Source: an uncultured Gemmatimonadales bacterium
GTDB taxonomy: Bacteria; Gemmatimonadota; Gemmatimonadetes; Longimicrobiales; RSA9
DNA length: 64,000 nucleotides
Direction: 5' to 3'
Assembly: GCA_963708135.1 (NCBI GenBank)
Contig: OY970192.1
Location: 3,680,001 to 3,744,000, forward strand
Of the stretch, positions 16,361 through 25,629 are shown in pieces (position 1 is the first letter of the stretch; every line of letters begins with the position of its first letter). The position numbers were made by a program, and so were the translations under genes. The notes beneath the pieces were generated by a model. It made no database searches and was not told the DNA's origin. It was given only the letters and a program-made list of their open reading frames with translations.

Positions 16361-17827
16361 TCAGTCCTCGCGTCGCGTCCGACCGCGCCCGCCGCGCCGG
16401 CGGCGATCGCCACGTGGCCGGTCCGTGGCTTCCGACCCGCGTTTCGCCTGGGCGACGGGCGGCCGGCGGGCCTCGGATGCGGCCCCGCGGCGGGCCTCGG
16501 GGGCGGGCGCACGGCCGGCGTCGGCCGCGGCGCTCCGCTCGGCCTTCGCGCGGGCGCGCGCCCGCTCCTCGGCCTTGCGGGCGCGGATCTCCCGGATCCG
16601 CTCCTCGAGCGGGATCTCGAGCCGCTCGCCGGACGGGGGCGCCGTATAGTCGAAGCCGTCGAGCTTGCGGCGCTCGATCGGCTTGCCGAGAGCGCGCTCG
16701 ATGGCGCGGACCTGGCTCTCCGTCTCGGGTGAGACGAACGTATAGGCGTCGCCGGTGGCTTCCGCGCGCGCGGTCCGGCCGACGCGGTGGATGTAGTCGT
16801 CCGGCGCGGCCGGGACATCGAAGTTGACCACGTGATCGAGCGCCTCCACATCGATGCCGCGGGCCACGATGTCGGTGGCCACGAGCACGCGGTAGCGCCC
16901 GTCCTTGAACCCCGCCAGCGCCTCGGTGCGCTGGGACTGGCTGCGGTTGCCGTGGATCCGGGCCACGGAGACGCCGCGCCTCGAGAGCTTCTCGGCCAGC
17001 CGGTTCGCGCGGTGCTTCGTGCGGCAGAACACGATGGCGTTGCCGATCTCGCCGCGGTCGAGCAGGGCGAGCAGCAGGTCGATCTTCAGGTGCGCGGCCA
17101 CCGGATAGAGCGCCTGGGTGATCCCGTGCGCCGGCGCCTGCTTCCGCTCGATGTCGATGCGCGCGGGCGAGCGGAGCAGCTCGCGCGAGAGCGTCACGAC
17201 CGGCGCCGGCATGGTGGCGGAGAAGAAGAGCGTCTGGCGCGGCGTCGCCGGCAGGTGGCGCAGCACGCGCCGGATCGCCGGCAGGAAGCCCATGTCGAGC
17301 ATCCGGTCCGCCTCATCCAGCACCAGCACCTCCAGCGCGTCCAGCCGCGCGTAGTCGTACTGGAAGTGGTCGAGCAGCCGGCCCGGCGTGGCCACCAGGA
17401 TGTCCACGCCGCGCCGGAACGCCTCCTCCTGCGGCAGCATCCCGACGCCGCCGAACACCGCCGCGCCCCGTACTCCCGTTCCGCGCGCGAGCTCCTTCAG
17501 GTGCTCCACCGTCTGCGCGGCCAGCTCCCGCGTCGGCACCACCACCAGCGCGCGCGTGCGGCCGCGCGGCCGGTCCAGCAGCCGCTCAAGGATCGGCAGC
17601 AGGAACGCCGCCGTCTTGCCGCTGCCGGTCATGGCGCACGCCAGCACGTCCCTGCCCTCCAGTGCCGGCGGGATCGCTCGCGCCTGGATCGGCGTCGGCC
17701 GCTCGAAGCCGAGCGCCGCCACCGCCTCCCGCAGCTCGGGCCCGACCCCCAGCCCGCCGAACCCACCATCCACCTGTCCGTCCCGTCCCGCCGCGCGGTC
17801 ATCCCCGCGCTCGATCACTGTCGCCAT
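16361..17827 (-). CDS. rhlE: DEAD-box ATP-dependent RNA helicase (RhlE-like)
   Basis: PTPIQ, TGSGKT, PTRELA, DEAD, SAT, HRVGRTAR; basic C-terminal tail. Confidence 0.92.
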   Translation of the reverse strand: MATVIERGDDRAAGRDGQVDGGFGGLGVGPELREAVAALGFERPTPIQARAIPPALEGRDVLACAMTGSGKTAAFLLPILERLLDRPRGRTRALVVVPTRELAAQTVEHLKELARGTGVRGAAVFGGVGMLPQEEAFRRGVDILVATPGRLLDHFQYDYARLDALEVLVLDEADRMLDMGFLPAIRRVLRHLPATPRQTLFFSATMPAPVVTLSRELLRSPARIDIERKQAPAHGITQALYPVAAHLKIDLLLALLDRGEIGNAIVFCRTKHRANRLAEKLSRRGVSVARIHGNRSQSQRTEALAGFKDGRYRVLVATDIVARGIDVEALDHVVNFDVPAAPDDYIHRVGRTARAEATGDAYTFVSPETESQVRAIERALGKPIERRKLDGFDYTAPPSGERLEIPLEERIREIRARKAEERARARAKAERSAAADAGRAPAPEARRGAASEARRPPVAQAKRGSEATDRPRGDRRRRGGRGRTRRED

Positions 17828-17847
17828 GCGGCTCCGTTTCGAAATAC

Positions 17848-17881
17848 AAAAAAAGGGACCCCGGCGGACGGCCGAGGTCTC
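17848..17881 (-). terminator. Intrinsic terminator-like hairpin + U7 in the helicase 5' leader
   Basis: Minus strand GACCUCGGC-CGUCC-GCCGGGGUC then CC-UUUUUUU, 20 nt before the ATG. Confidence 0.7.
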
Positions 17882-17985
17882 TCGATCGTACGCGCGCGGC
17901 AGACCCGTTCCGCCGCGCGCGCTCCGTGGACCGAATCTCGCGGAATCCCGACGGAAAATCAACCGCTCTGGACGGATGAGGCCGG

Positions 17986-18513
17986 ATGGTGATCCTGATG
18001 ACCGGCGTAGCCGGTGCGGGAAAGACCACGGTGGGCGTGGCGCTGGCGGCGGCGCTCGGCTGGCGGTTCGTGGAAGGCGACGCCTTCCATCCGCCGGAGA
18101 ACGTCCGCCGCATGCACGCCGGCATCGCGCTCACGGACGCGGACCGCGCGCCGTGGCTGGCGGCGCTCGGTGCCCGGATCGAGGCGCTGCTCGAGGAGGG
18201 TGCGTCGGCCGTCGTCGCCTGCTCGGCGCTGCGCGAGGCGTACCGTCGCGCGCTGCACGCGGACGACGCGCGGGTGCGGCTGGTCTACCTCCGCATCACG
18301 CCGGTGCTCGCGGCCGCGCGGCTGGCCGGGCGGAGGGGCCATTTCTTCCCGGCGTCGCTGGTGAGCTCGCAGTTCGAGGCGCTCGAGGAGCCGGTGGGCG
18401 CGCTGGTGCTGGACGCGAGCCGCCCCGTGGCCATGCTGGTGGACGAGGTCCTGGCGACGCTCGGCCTCACCTCGCCGCCGCCGTCGCGGCCGGGCGGCGA
18501 AGCTGGCGGATGA
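17986..18513 (+). CDS. gntK: Gluconokinase (GntK/IdnK type)
   Basis: GVAGAGKTT, EGDAFHP, LTDADRAPWL, ACSALR, HFFPASLVSSQFEALE. Confidence 0.93.
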   Translation: MVILMTGVAGAGKTTVGVALAAALGWRFVEGDAFHPPENVRRMHAGIALTDADRAPWLAALGARIEALLEEGASAVVACSALREAYRRALHADDARVRLVYLRITPVLAAARLAGRRGHFFPASLVSSQFEALEEPVGALVLDASRPVAMLVDEVLATLGLTSPPPSRPGGEAGG

Positions 18514-19201
18514 GCAGGTCGCCGATGTCGGCGAAGTCGCCGTCGAGGTGGTGGCCTCCCTGCATCGGCACGACGCTCACGTCCGGCCCGCCGAGCTCCG
18601 GGCACGTCGTGTCCGTCTCCTCCTCGCCGTAGACGCACACGATGGGGACCCCGGATGCGGCGAGCTTGCGGGTTTCCGGGAGGGTGGCCATGGACGTGGA
18701 TGCCCTGGAGCTGCCCCACAGGTCATTCAGGTGCAGCTTCAGATCCACCATGTGCTCCGGGCCGACCAGCCCGACCAGCGCCACGCGCGCGCGGAGGTCC
18801 TGCGGCAGACGCGAGACCATGAACGGGAGCACATCGGCGCCCCGGGAGTAGCCGACGAGCACGGCGCGCGGCTTGTTCCACGCCGCCAGGTAGTGGCGGA
18901 GTACCGCGGCCATGTCCGCGCCGATCTCCTCCGTCGTCTTCCGGTGCCAGAAGTAGTGCAGCGCGCTCCAGCCGATGACGGGGGCGCCGGCCGCGCGGAA
19001 GCGGCCGGCCATGGCGGGGGCGGGGCCGATCCAGCCGCCATCGCCCGAGATGACGATGACGAGATAGGGCGCGCTGTCCGCGGCGGGGAGGAGCTCCTTG
19101 AGCGGCAGCTTGCCCACTGCTTCCTGGGCGCTCACGGCCGGGGGTCGTGGCGGCGTGGCCGCGAGGGCGGCGGCCAGCGTGAGCAGGAGGATCGGCTTCA
19201 T
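18467..19201 (-). CDS. AcvB/VirJ family alpha/beta hydrolase
   Basis: Signal peptide; SGDGGW, GYSRGAD, GGHHLDGD. Confidence 0.88.
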   Translation of the reverse strand: MKPILLLTLAAALAATPPRPPAVSAQEAVGKLPLKELLPAADSAPYLVIVISGDGGWIGPAPAMAGRFRAAGAPVIGWSALHYFWHRKTTEEIGADMAAVLRHYLAAWNKPRAVLVGYSRGADVLPFMVSRLPQDLRARVALVGLVGPEHMVDLKLHLNDLWGSSRASTSMATLPETRKLAASGVPIVCVYGEEETDTTCPELGGPDVSVVPMQGGHHLDGDFADIGDLLIRQLRRPAATAAAR

Positions 19202-19409
19202 TGACATCGTCCGGTCGAGCGGTGGATTCGCATCGAATGGACGATGTACACGGCGCGAAGCGCCGGAGTGCCGTCGGGGGGGTCGCGCCGGGCCGGGCCG
19301 GGCTCGGGCGCGTCGGGGGGGCCGGGTCGCGCCGGGCCGGGCGGCTCGCGCGCGCCGGCGGGGCGGCTCGCGCGCGGCCGGGACATCGAGCGCGGGGGCA
19401 GCGCCTCGG

Positions 19410-21071
19410 CTACCGCCGGGCCAGCCGGAGGTCGTGCACGCCGCGGTCGGTGATGGCGATCGCGGTCACGCGGCCGGCGGCGTCGCGCAGGAAGCGCAGC
19501 GCGGGCAGGTCGTCGCTCGTGAACGCATCGCGGAAGAGCGGCTCGAGGGGCAGGTCGTCGCCCCGCCAGGAGTGCAGGTAGAGCCGGCCGCCGCGCGCGG
19601 CGACGTCCCACGTTACCGGGACGCCCGGCACCAGCTCGAGCTCCGGGCTGGCGTAGCTGCCGGCGTACTCCTCCAGCCGGGCGCCGACGTCGGGCGGCGG
19701 GGGCGCCACACGCTCGAAGGACTCGGGCGGGTAGAGCGGGCGCGTGGTCCCGGCGCCCGCGGCGTCGAAGGTCCAGGTGGTGCCGCTCTCGTCATCGCGG
19801 AAGCGCCCGCCACCGAGCCAGGTGAGCGCGACCGCCGCCTTTCCGCTCCCGCGGACGAGCGTGCCGTCGCGGACCTCAAAGCGCACGGGGTAGCCCTGGT
19901 CGCGGCTGACGTAGAGCCCGGCCCAGCGCTCCGGGTGCGCGGATCCAGGCGCGGCGCTGGCGCGGGGCGGCTCCGCCGCGGCGCCCAGGAACACGTCGGC
20001 CACGCCGTCGGCCAGCCGTTCCGTGCGCGCATCCGCGGCGTTGCAGAGCGTGATCACGGAGAGCCGCTCATCGGGGAAGCGCATGAGCATGGCGCGGAAC
20101 CCCTCCCACGCGCCGCCGTGCTGCACCCGCCGATGGCCGTGGTACTCATCGATGAAGAGCCCCATGCCGTAGGCCAGCGGGGTGCCGTCGTTCAGGTGCG
20201 CGCGCGTCTGGAGCAGCTCGGGCAGCCGTGCGCCGCCGACCTTCGGGTCGTGGAACTCGGCGTCCCAGCGGGCGAGGTCCTCGACGGTGGTCTGGACCGC
20301 GCCGTCGCCGACCTGCTCCCAGTCGGAGAGCTCGACGCGCCAGCCGCCGCTGTCCGCCGGGGTGTAGGCGGAGGCCTTGCGCGGCACGATCGTCCGCGTG
20401 TCGTCCAGGTAGCGGGTGTCCCTCATCCCGAGCGGCTCGAAGATCCGCTCGCGCGCGAACTCCCGGAGCGTCTTCCCCGACGCGCGGCGCACCACCTCGC
20501 CGGCCAGGAAGAAGCCGGTGTTGCTGTACCGCCAGCTGGTGCCGGGCGCGAAGTTCAATGCCGTCTGGCGGGTCAGCGGCTCGAGCGCCTCGCGGGCGGT
20601 GGTGTGGTCGCGCTCGTCCCATCCGGCCAGGACCATGAGGTCGATGTAGTCGCGCCAGCCGCTCGTGTGGGTGAGCAGGTGCCGCAGCGTGACGGTGGCG
20701 CCGAGGTCGGGCAGCTCGGGGATGAAGCGGCGCACATCGTCGTCCAGCGAGAGCTTGCCGTCCTCCTGCAGCAGCACCACGCTCGCGGCCGTGAACTGCT
20801 TGGAGGTGGAGCCGATGTCGAAGACCGTGCGCGGCGTGATCGGCACGCCGAGCTCGATGGAGGCGTAGCCGTAGCCCTTCTCGTAGAGGGAGCGCCCGTC
20901 GCGAACGACCTCGAGCGCGCAGCCCGGCGAGGCGGAATCGGGGCGGGTGAAGCGCGCGAAGACGGCGTCGATCCGCGCCGCACTGTCGGCGCCGAGCGTG
21001 CCCGGGCCCTGGGCGGCCGCGGGCGAGGCGGACAGGAGCGCCGCCGCGAGAAGGGCCGTGAGCCCCCTCAC
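19410..21071 (-). CDS. Secreted serine hydrolase, beta-lactamase-like, with C-terminal domains
   Basis: GSTSKQF, LLTHTSG, YSNTG, HGG. Confidence 0.9.
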   Translation of the reverse strand: MRGLTALLAAALLSASPAAAQGPGTLGADSAARIDAVFARFTRPDSASPGCALEVVRDGRSLYEKGYGYASIELGVPITPRTVFDIGSTSKQFTAASVVLLQEDGKLSLDDDVRRFIPELPDLGATVTLRHLLTHTSGWRDYIDLMVLAGWDERDHTTAREALEPLTRQTALNFAPGTSWRYSNTGFFLAGEVVRRASGKTLREFARERIFEPLGMRDTRYLDDTRTIVPRKASAYTPADSGGWRVELSDWEQVGDGAVQTTVEDLARWDAEFHDPKVGGARLPELLQTRAHLNDGTPLAYGMGLFIDEYHGHRRVQHGGAWEGFRAMLMRFPDERLSVITLCNAADARTERLADGVADVFLGAAAEPPRASAAPGSAHPERWAGLYVSRDQGYPVRFEVRDGTLVRGSGKAAVALTWLGGGRFRDDESGTTWTFDAAGAGTTRPLYPPESFERVAPPPPDVGARLEEYAGSYASPELELVPGVPVTWDVAARGGRLYLHSWRGDDLPLEPLFRDAFTSDDLPALRFLRDAAGRVTAIAITDRGVHDLRLARR

Positions 21072-23002
21072 GCCATCTCCTCCTCGCGCTCCGGCTCGAC
21101 CGCGGCCAGCGGCAGGCGCAACGTGAAGGTCGAGCCGGCGCCCGGACAGCTATCGACGGAGATGTCGCCTCCCATCATGAGCGCGAGCCGGCGGCTGATG
21201 GCCAGGCCCAGGCCGACGCCGCCGTGCGCACGCGTGTAGCCGCCCTCGGCCTGGACGAACGGCTCGAAGATGTGCTCCGCCTGCTCGGGAGCGATGCCGA
21301 TGCCGGTGTCGGCGACGCGGATCCACGCGACCTCGCCCGCGCCGTCCTCCACGCCGCGGTCGGCCGAAACCTCGACCCGCCCGCCGGCCGGCGTGAACTT
21401 GATCGCGTTGGTCAGCAGGTTGATCAGGATCTGCTCGACCCGGCCTGAATCTCCGAGGTAGCGGAGCCCCGCCTCCCCACCGCAGCCGTCCGACAGCGCG
21501 AGTCCCTTCTGCCGGGCCTGCGGCGCGACGACGGCGAGCGCCGCGGCGACGGCATCGCCCGCGCTCGCCGACCGCGCGTCCACCTGCACCCGGCCCGACT
21601 CGATGCGGGAGAGGTCGAGCACCTCGTCGACGAGCCCCATGAGGTGCCGGCCGCTGAGCCGGATCCGCTCCAGGTGCCGGCGCTGCTCGTCCGTGAGCGG
21701 ACCGGGAAGCTCGAGCTGCAACAGGTCCGTGTAGCCGATGATGGCGTTGATCGGGGTGCGGATCTCGTGGCTCATGGTGGCGAGGAAATCCGACTTCGCG
21801 CGGCTCGCCATCTCGGCCTCCGAGCGGGCCAGCTCCGCGATCTCCATGGCGTTCACGAGCTGCTGGTTCGCCTGCTCCAGATCGGAGGCGAGCCCGCGCG
21901 CCTCCTCGTACTGCAGCCGCAGCGCCCGCTGGCTGGCCTGCAACTCGTCCACCATGCGGTTGAAGCCGCTCGCGAGCGCGCCGATCTCGTCGTCGCGGGT
22001 GACCTCGACCCGGTGGCCGTAGTCCCGCGCGGCAATGCGGTGCGACGCACCGGCGAGCTGCTTCAGCGGGGCCGTGATCCCACGACTGAGCAGCCACGCC
22101 CCGGCCGCGCCCAGCAGCGCGAGCAGCAGCGCGCCCAGCAGCGCCCGGCGCAGGAACGTCGTCGGACGGGCCATCACCGCCGCCTGCGTCGAGGCGACCA
22201 CGATGGCGTAGGGGGTGCCGGGCACCGGCCGCGCGCGCGCCAGCAGCGGCGGTGCATGAGGCCGGGAGTAACGCATGATGGCCTCCAGCGGCAGGGCACC
22301 GGCGGGCGGCGTGACCTCGCCGCCGAGAGAGACCCATGGCCCGCCGGAGAGGTTCGCGAAATAGACCTCCACCCCGACACCGATCAGCCCCTCGATGCGG
22401 TGCGCCGACTCGGCGCTGCCGACGGGGCGGATCTCCTGTACGTACGCCGCGGGCCGTCCATCCACGAGAACCGGAGCGGTGACCGCCAGGTAGCTGCGGC
22501 CGTGCAGGATGCGCAGCGGCGAGTACTCGGCCGTGTCGGGGTGCCCGCCCGCGGCGCGCATCCCGGCCAGGTCCTGGGCCGTCCAGCCGGCCGGGAAGGT
22601 GCCGGTGCGCAGCAGCTCGTGCCCGTCCGGAGCGATGAGCTCGGCTGGCGCCGCGGCGTTGCCGGGCTGCGCCAGCCCCGCCAGCACCGCCCGCGCCGGT
22701 CCCTCGCGCGCGGGCGATGGCGCTCGAACGTACGCCAGGATCTCCGGTGCCTTCGCGGCGGCGGCCGTGGCGGCGCGCTGGACCGACGTCGAGCTCGCGG
22801 CCAGATCCTGGATCTCCCCGGCCACCCGCTCCAGGCGCTCCGCGGCCGCCGCCAGGGCCGCCTGCCTCACCTCCCGGTACGCCATGACCGAGCCGCCCAG
22901 GACGAGGGCGAGCAGCAGCCCCACGATGAGGAGGGGCAGCTTCCATTCGAGCGAGAGCCCCGACAGCGTCGGGACCGCGAAGCCGGCTGGCCTGCTGCGC
23001 AT
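21068..23002 (-). CDS. Orphan HAMP sensor histidine kinase
   Basis: Two TMs, HAMP (DEIGALA), FLATMSHEIRTP, NAIKFT, GVGLGL. Confidence 0.92.
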   Translation of the reverse strand: MRSRPAGFAVPTLSGLSLEWKLPLLIVGLLLALVLGGSVMAYREVRQAALAAAAERLERVAGEIQDLAASSTSVQRAATAAAAKAPEILAYVRAPSPAREGPARAVLAGLAQPGNAAAPAELIAPDGHELLRTGTFPAGWTAQDLAGMRAAGGHPDTAEYSPLRILHGRSYLAVTAPVLVDGRPAAYVQEIRPVGSAESAHRIEGLIGVGVEVYFANLSGGPWVSLGGEVTPPAGALPLEAIMRYSRPHAPPLLARARPVPGTPYAIVVASTQAAVMARPTTFLRRALLGALLLALLGAAGAWLLSRGITAPLKQLAGASHRIAARDYGHRVEVTRDDEIGALASGFNRMVDELQASQRALRLQYEEARGLASDLEQANQQLVNAMEIAELARSEAEMASRAKSDFLATMSHEIRTPINAIIGYTDLLQLELPGPLTDEQRRHLERIRLSGRHLMGLVDEVLDLSRIESGRVQVDARSASAGDAVAAALAVVAPQARQKGLALSDGCGGEAGLRYLGDSGRVEQILINLLTNAIKFTPAGGRVEVSADRGVEDGAGEVAWIRVADTGIGIAPEQAEHIFEPFVQAEGGYTRAHGGVGLGLAISRRLALMMGGDISVDSCPGAGSTFTLRLPLAAVEPEREEEMA

Positions 23003-23209
23003 GGATTCGCCGTCCGGTAAACGGGCTCGGTTTGCTGAAGGCCGCTGCGCGGCGCCGAGGAGAGCCGAAAATGAGGGAAAAAGACTCCGGATCACCATGG
23101 TAGCGGCGGAGAGCCCTGCCGGTCAACGGGCCAGGAGGGCGGGCCGCGGGCCGCTACCCCGCCTCGGTGATGCGAGCAGTCGGGCCGCGCGGCCGCTCCC
23201 GACCCGCGC

Positions 23210-24538
23210 TCAGGCCCGACCCAGCAGCCGGTCCGCCAGGCGGCGGGCCAGCGCGATGATGGTGAGGACCGTCGGGCGGCCGAGCGCCCGGGGGAAGACG
23301 CTGGCATCGCAGACGTAGAGGCCGCGCGCCTCGGTCTCGAGGTCCGGGGTAACCATGGCGCCGACGCGCACGGTGCCCGAGGGGTGGGTGCCGCGGAGCG
23401 GCGTGACCAGGATGGTGGAGGGCTCGCAGCCCGCGCGGCGCAGGACGTCGCCGGCCACGGCCTCGGCCCGCGTGAGACGCAGCCGGTCGGAGGAGGTGAG
23501 GCCCTTGCTCACGCGCCCCTTCGCGTCCACCTCGCCGCTGATCTCGTCCGTGAGCTTGATCATGACGCCGAGCGTGCGGCCCCAGCGTGACCACGTCGCG
23601 GCGTAGGCGGGGCCGAGCACCGTCATGATGATCGGGTACATGAGCCAGGGATCGATCAGCGTGGAATAGAGGACGCCCAGCTCCTCGTCCGGCGCGCTCC
23701 ACGTCATCGGTGGATCGCCGCCCAGCCCCTGTCCATCGCGCGTGGCGCCGTAAACCATGACGGTCGTGTCCATGGTCATCCCGCGGCCGGCATCCTCGAA
23801 TCCGCTCGCCCGCATGAGAACCGCCGAGCCGATCCCGCCGGCGGCGACGATGACCGTCTCCGCCTCCACCTCGAAGGCGACGCCGCCCGGCGCGCCACGC
23901 CGCCCGTGCAGCCCCCGGACCTGTCCACCCTCCACCAGCACACGGTCCACGCGCGCACGGGTCCACAGCTCCGCGCCCGCCGCCACCGCGTCGTCCACGT
24001 ACTCGGCGGCACTCCACTTGGCGCCGCAGCGGCAGCCCAGCATGCAGTGGGCGCCGCAGTCGAAGGGGTGCGCGCGGCCGGGCCGCATGAACTTGTCCTG
24101 CGGCGCCCAGTCCATCCCGAGCGCGGCGCCCGCCTCCGCGATGCGGGTGGAGGCGAATCCGCGCAGCTCGTCCGCGAGCGGCGCGACGCCGAGCTCGCGC
24201 GCCGCCGCCTCCGCGTGCGCGTCCAGGTCGATGCCGTAGCGCTCCCTCCACCACGGCCGCGGCGGCGAGGCGCACGCGCAGTACATGCTCGTCGCGCCGC
24301 CCACCATGAGCGGCCGGATGATGTTCATCCCCTCGCGCGTGAAGACCAGGCCGCCGCGGTCCGCGTACAGCAGCGCGCCCGGGTAGGTGCCGTACAGGCG
24401 GCTGCCGCGCCAGTCGCGCCCCCGCTCCAGCAGCAGCACGCGACGCCCCGCGCGGGCCAGCTCGCGCGCGAGCGTGGCGCCGCCCGGGCCCGTGCCGACG
24501 ATGGCGAAATCCGTGCGGTGCGTGGTCTTCAAGAGCAT
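23210..24538 (-). CDS. GMC family FAD-dependent oxidoreductase
   Basis: IVGTGPGG, LLLERG, VGGATS, HPSGT, LYVCDASVFP. Confidence 0.88.
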   Translation of the reverse strand: MLLKTTHRTDFAIVGTGPGGATLARELARAGRRVLLLERGRDWRGSRLYGTYPGALLYADRGGLVFTREGMNIIRPLMVGGATSMYCACASPPRPWWRERYGIDLDAHAEAAARELGVAPLADELRGFASTRIAEAGAALGMDWAPQDKFMRPGRAHPFDCGAHCMLGCRCGAKWSAAEYVDDAVAAGAELWTRARVDRVLVEGGQVRGLHGRRGAPGGVAFEVEAETVIVAAGGIGSAVLMRASGFEDAGRGMTMDTTVMVYGATRDGQGLGGDPPMTWSAPDEELGVLYSTLIDPWLMYPIIMTVLGPAYAATWSRWGRTLGVMIKLTDEISGEVDAKGRVSKGLTSSDRLRLTRAEAVAGDVLRRAGCEPSTILVTPLRGTHPSGTVRVGAMVTPDLETEARGLYVCDASVFPRALGRPTVLTIIALARRLADRLLGRA

Positions 24539-24588
24539 CAGGTGTTCTACAGCGCCGGCCGCCCGCCAGCAAGGCCGGAACGGGACTG

Positions 24589-24816
24589 GAGTGGGAGAGT
24601 CGGAGAGTGGGAGACCGGGCGACGATTGCCGCGGCCGGAACGGACCAGAGTGGGAGAGTGGGAGAGTGGGAGACCGGGCGACGATTGCCGCGGCCGACGG
24701 CTACCGGGCCTCGCGCGACTCCGGCGGACGCCGAGGGGCCGCTCGAGCCGCGCGTGCGTGCCTGCCCGGCACGGCGCCCACTCGCCCACTCGCCCACTCG
24801 CCCACTCCCCGACTCT
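24589..24816 (+). repeat. GAGTGGGA-ended repeat element, copy 2 (left module duplicated)
   Basis: Two (GAGTGGGA)3-GACCGGGCGACGATTGCCGCGGCCG modules; right end of CCCACTCG repeats. Confidence 0.85.
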
Positions 24817-24902
24817 CGCCGCCCGACACGGCCACCCCCGGAGGGAGCGGATTCTCCCGCGCCGCACTGGCGCCTCCGGCGGCGGCGGCCTACGCTGCGG
24901 GC

Positions 24903-25523
24903 ATGCCGGAATCAGGGTATCCGATTCCCGCGCGGGCGCACCGCGTGGAGAGCGTGGTGAGGCGGAGCCGCTTCATCGCCTCGCTGGGGCAGGCGGCGAG
25001 CGCGGAGGATGCGCGCGCGTTCATCGACTCCGTGCGGGCGGAGATGCCCGACGCGACGCACCATTGCTGGGCGTACGTGGCCGGCCCGCCGGGGAGCACG
25101 GCCGCGATCGGGATGAGCGACGCGGGCGAGCCGCACGGCACGGCCGGACGGCCGATGCTCGACGTGCTGCTGCATGCGGGGGTGGGCGAGGTGGCGGCGG
25201 TGGTGACGCGCTACTTCGGCGGGGTCAAGCTGGGCAAGGGCGGGCTGGCCCGCGCGTATGGCGGCGCGGTCCAGCAGGCGCTGGAGACGCTGGCGCGCGC
25301 CGAGCGGGTGAGGCGCATCGTCGTCGCCATCACGGCGGCATACGCGGACGTCAATGCGGTGCGGCGGGCGCTGGACGCGGCGGGCGCGGCGCTGCTGGAG
25401 GAGCGGTACGGGGCAACGGTCGAGTACGTCGCCGGCGTGCCGGATTCGCGGCTGGCGGCGCTCGAGGCGGCGATCGCCGACGCGACGGCGGGCCGCGCGA
25501 GGGTGGCGGCCAGCCAGGTCTAG
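24903..25523 (+). CDS. yigZ: IMPACT family protein YigZ
   Basis: RSRFIA, ATHHCWAY, SDAGEPHGTAG, VTRYFGGVKLGKGGLARAY. Confidence 0.93.
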   Translation: MPESGYPIPARAHRVESVVRRSRFIASLGQAASAEDARAFIDSVRAEMPDATHHCWAYVAGPPGSTAAIGMSDAGEPHGTAGRPMLDVLLHAGVGEVAAVVTRYFGGVKLGKGGLARAYGGAVQQALETLARAERVRRIVVAITAAYADVNAVRRALDAAGAALLEERYGATVEYVAGVPDSRLAALEAAIADATAGRARVAASQV

Positions 25524-25629
25524 CGTTCGGCGCGAACGCCTTTCGGCCCGAACCGCGGAGGCAGGCGACGGCGGATGGCGCAGGGCCGCCGGCGCGGCGC
25601 ACGATGTCGAACTTTCGGGGTGAGACTTC

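Noticed and set aside
18467..18513. Convergent 3' overlaps (gntK/virJ-like; also 7990-8026)
   Set aside because: Short overlaps are common in GC-rich genomes where stop codons are scarce
19210..19405. GC-rich short repeats (GGGTCGCGCCGGGCCGGGC, GGCGGCTCGCGCGCG)
   Set aside because: Short local duplications in near-pure GC sequence; no defined ends or other copies seen
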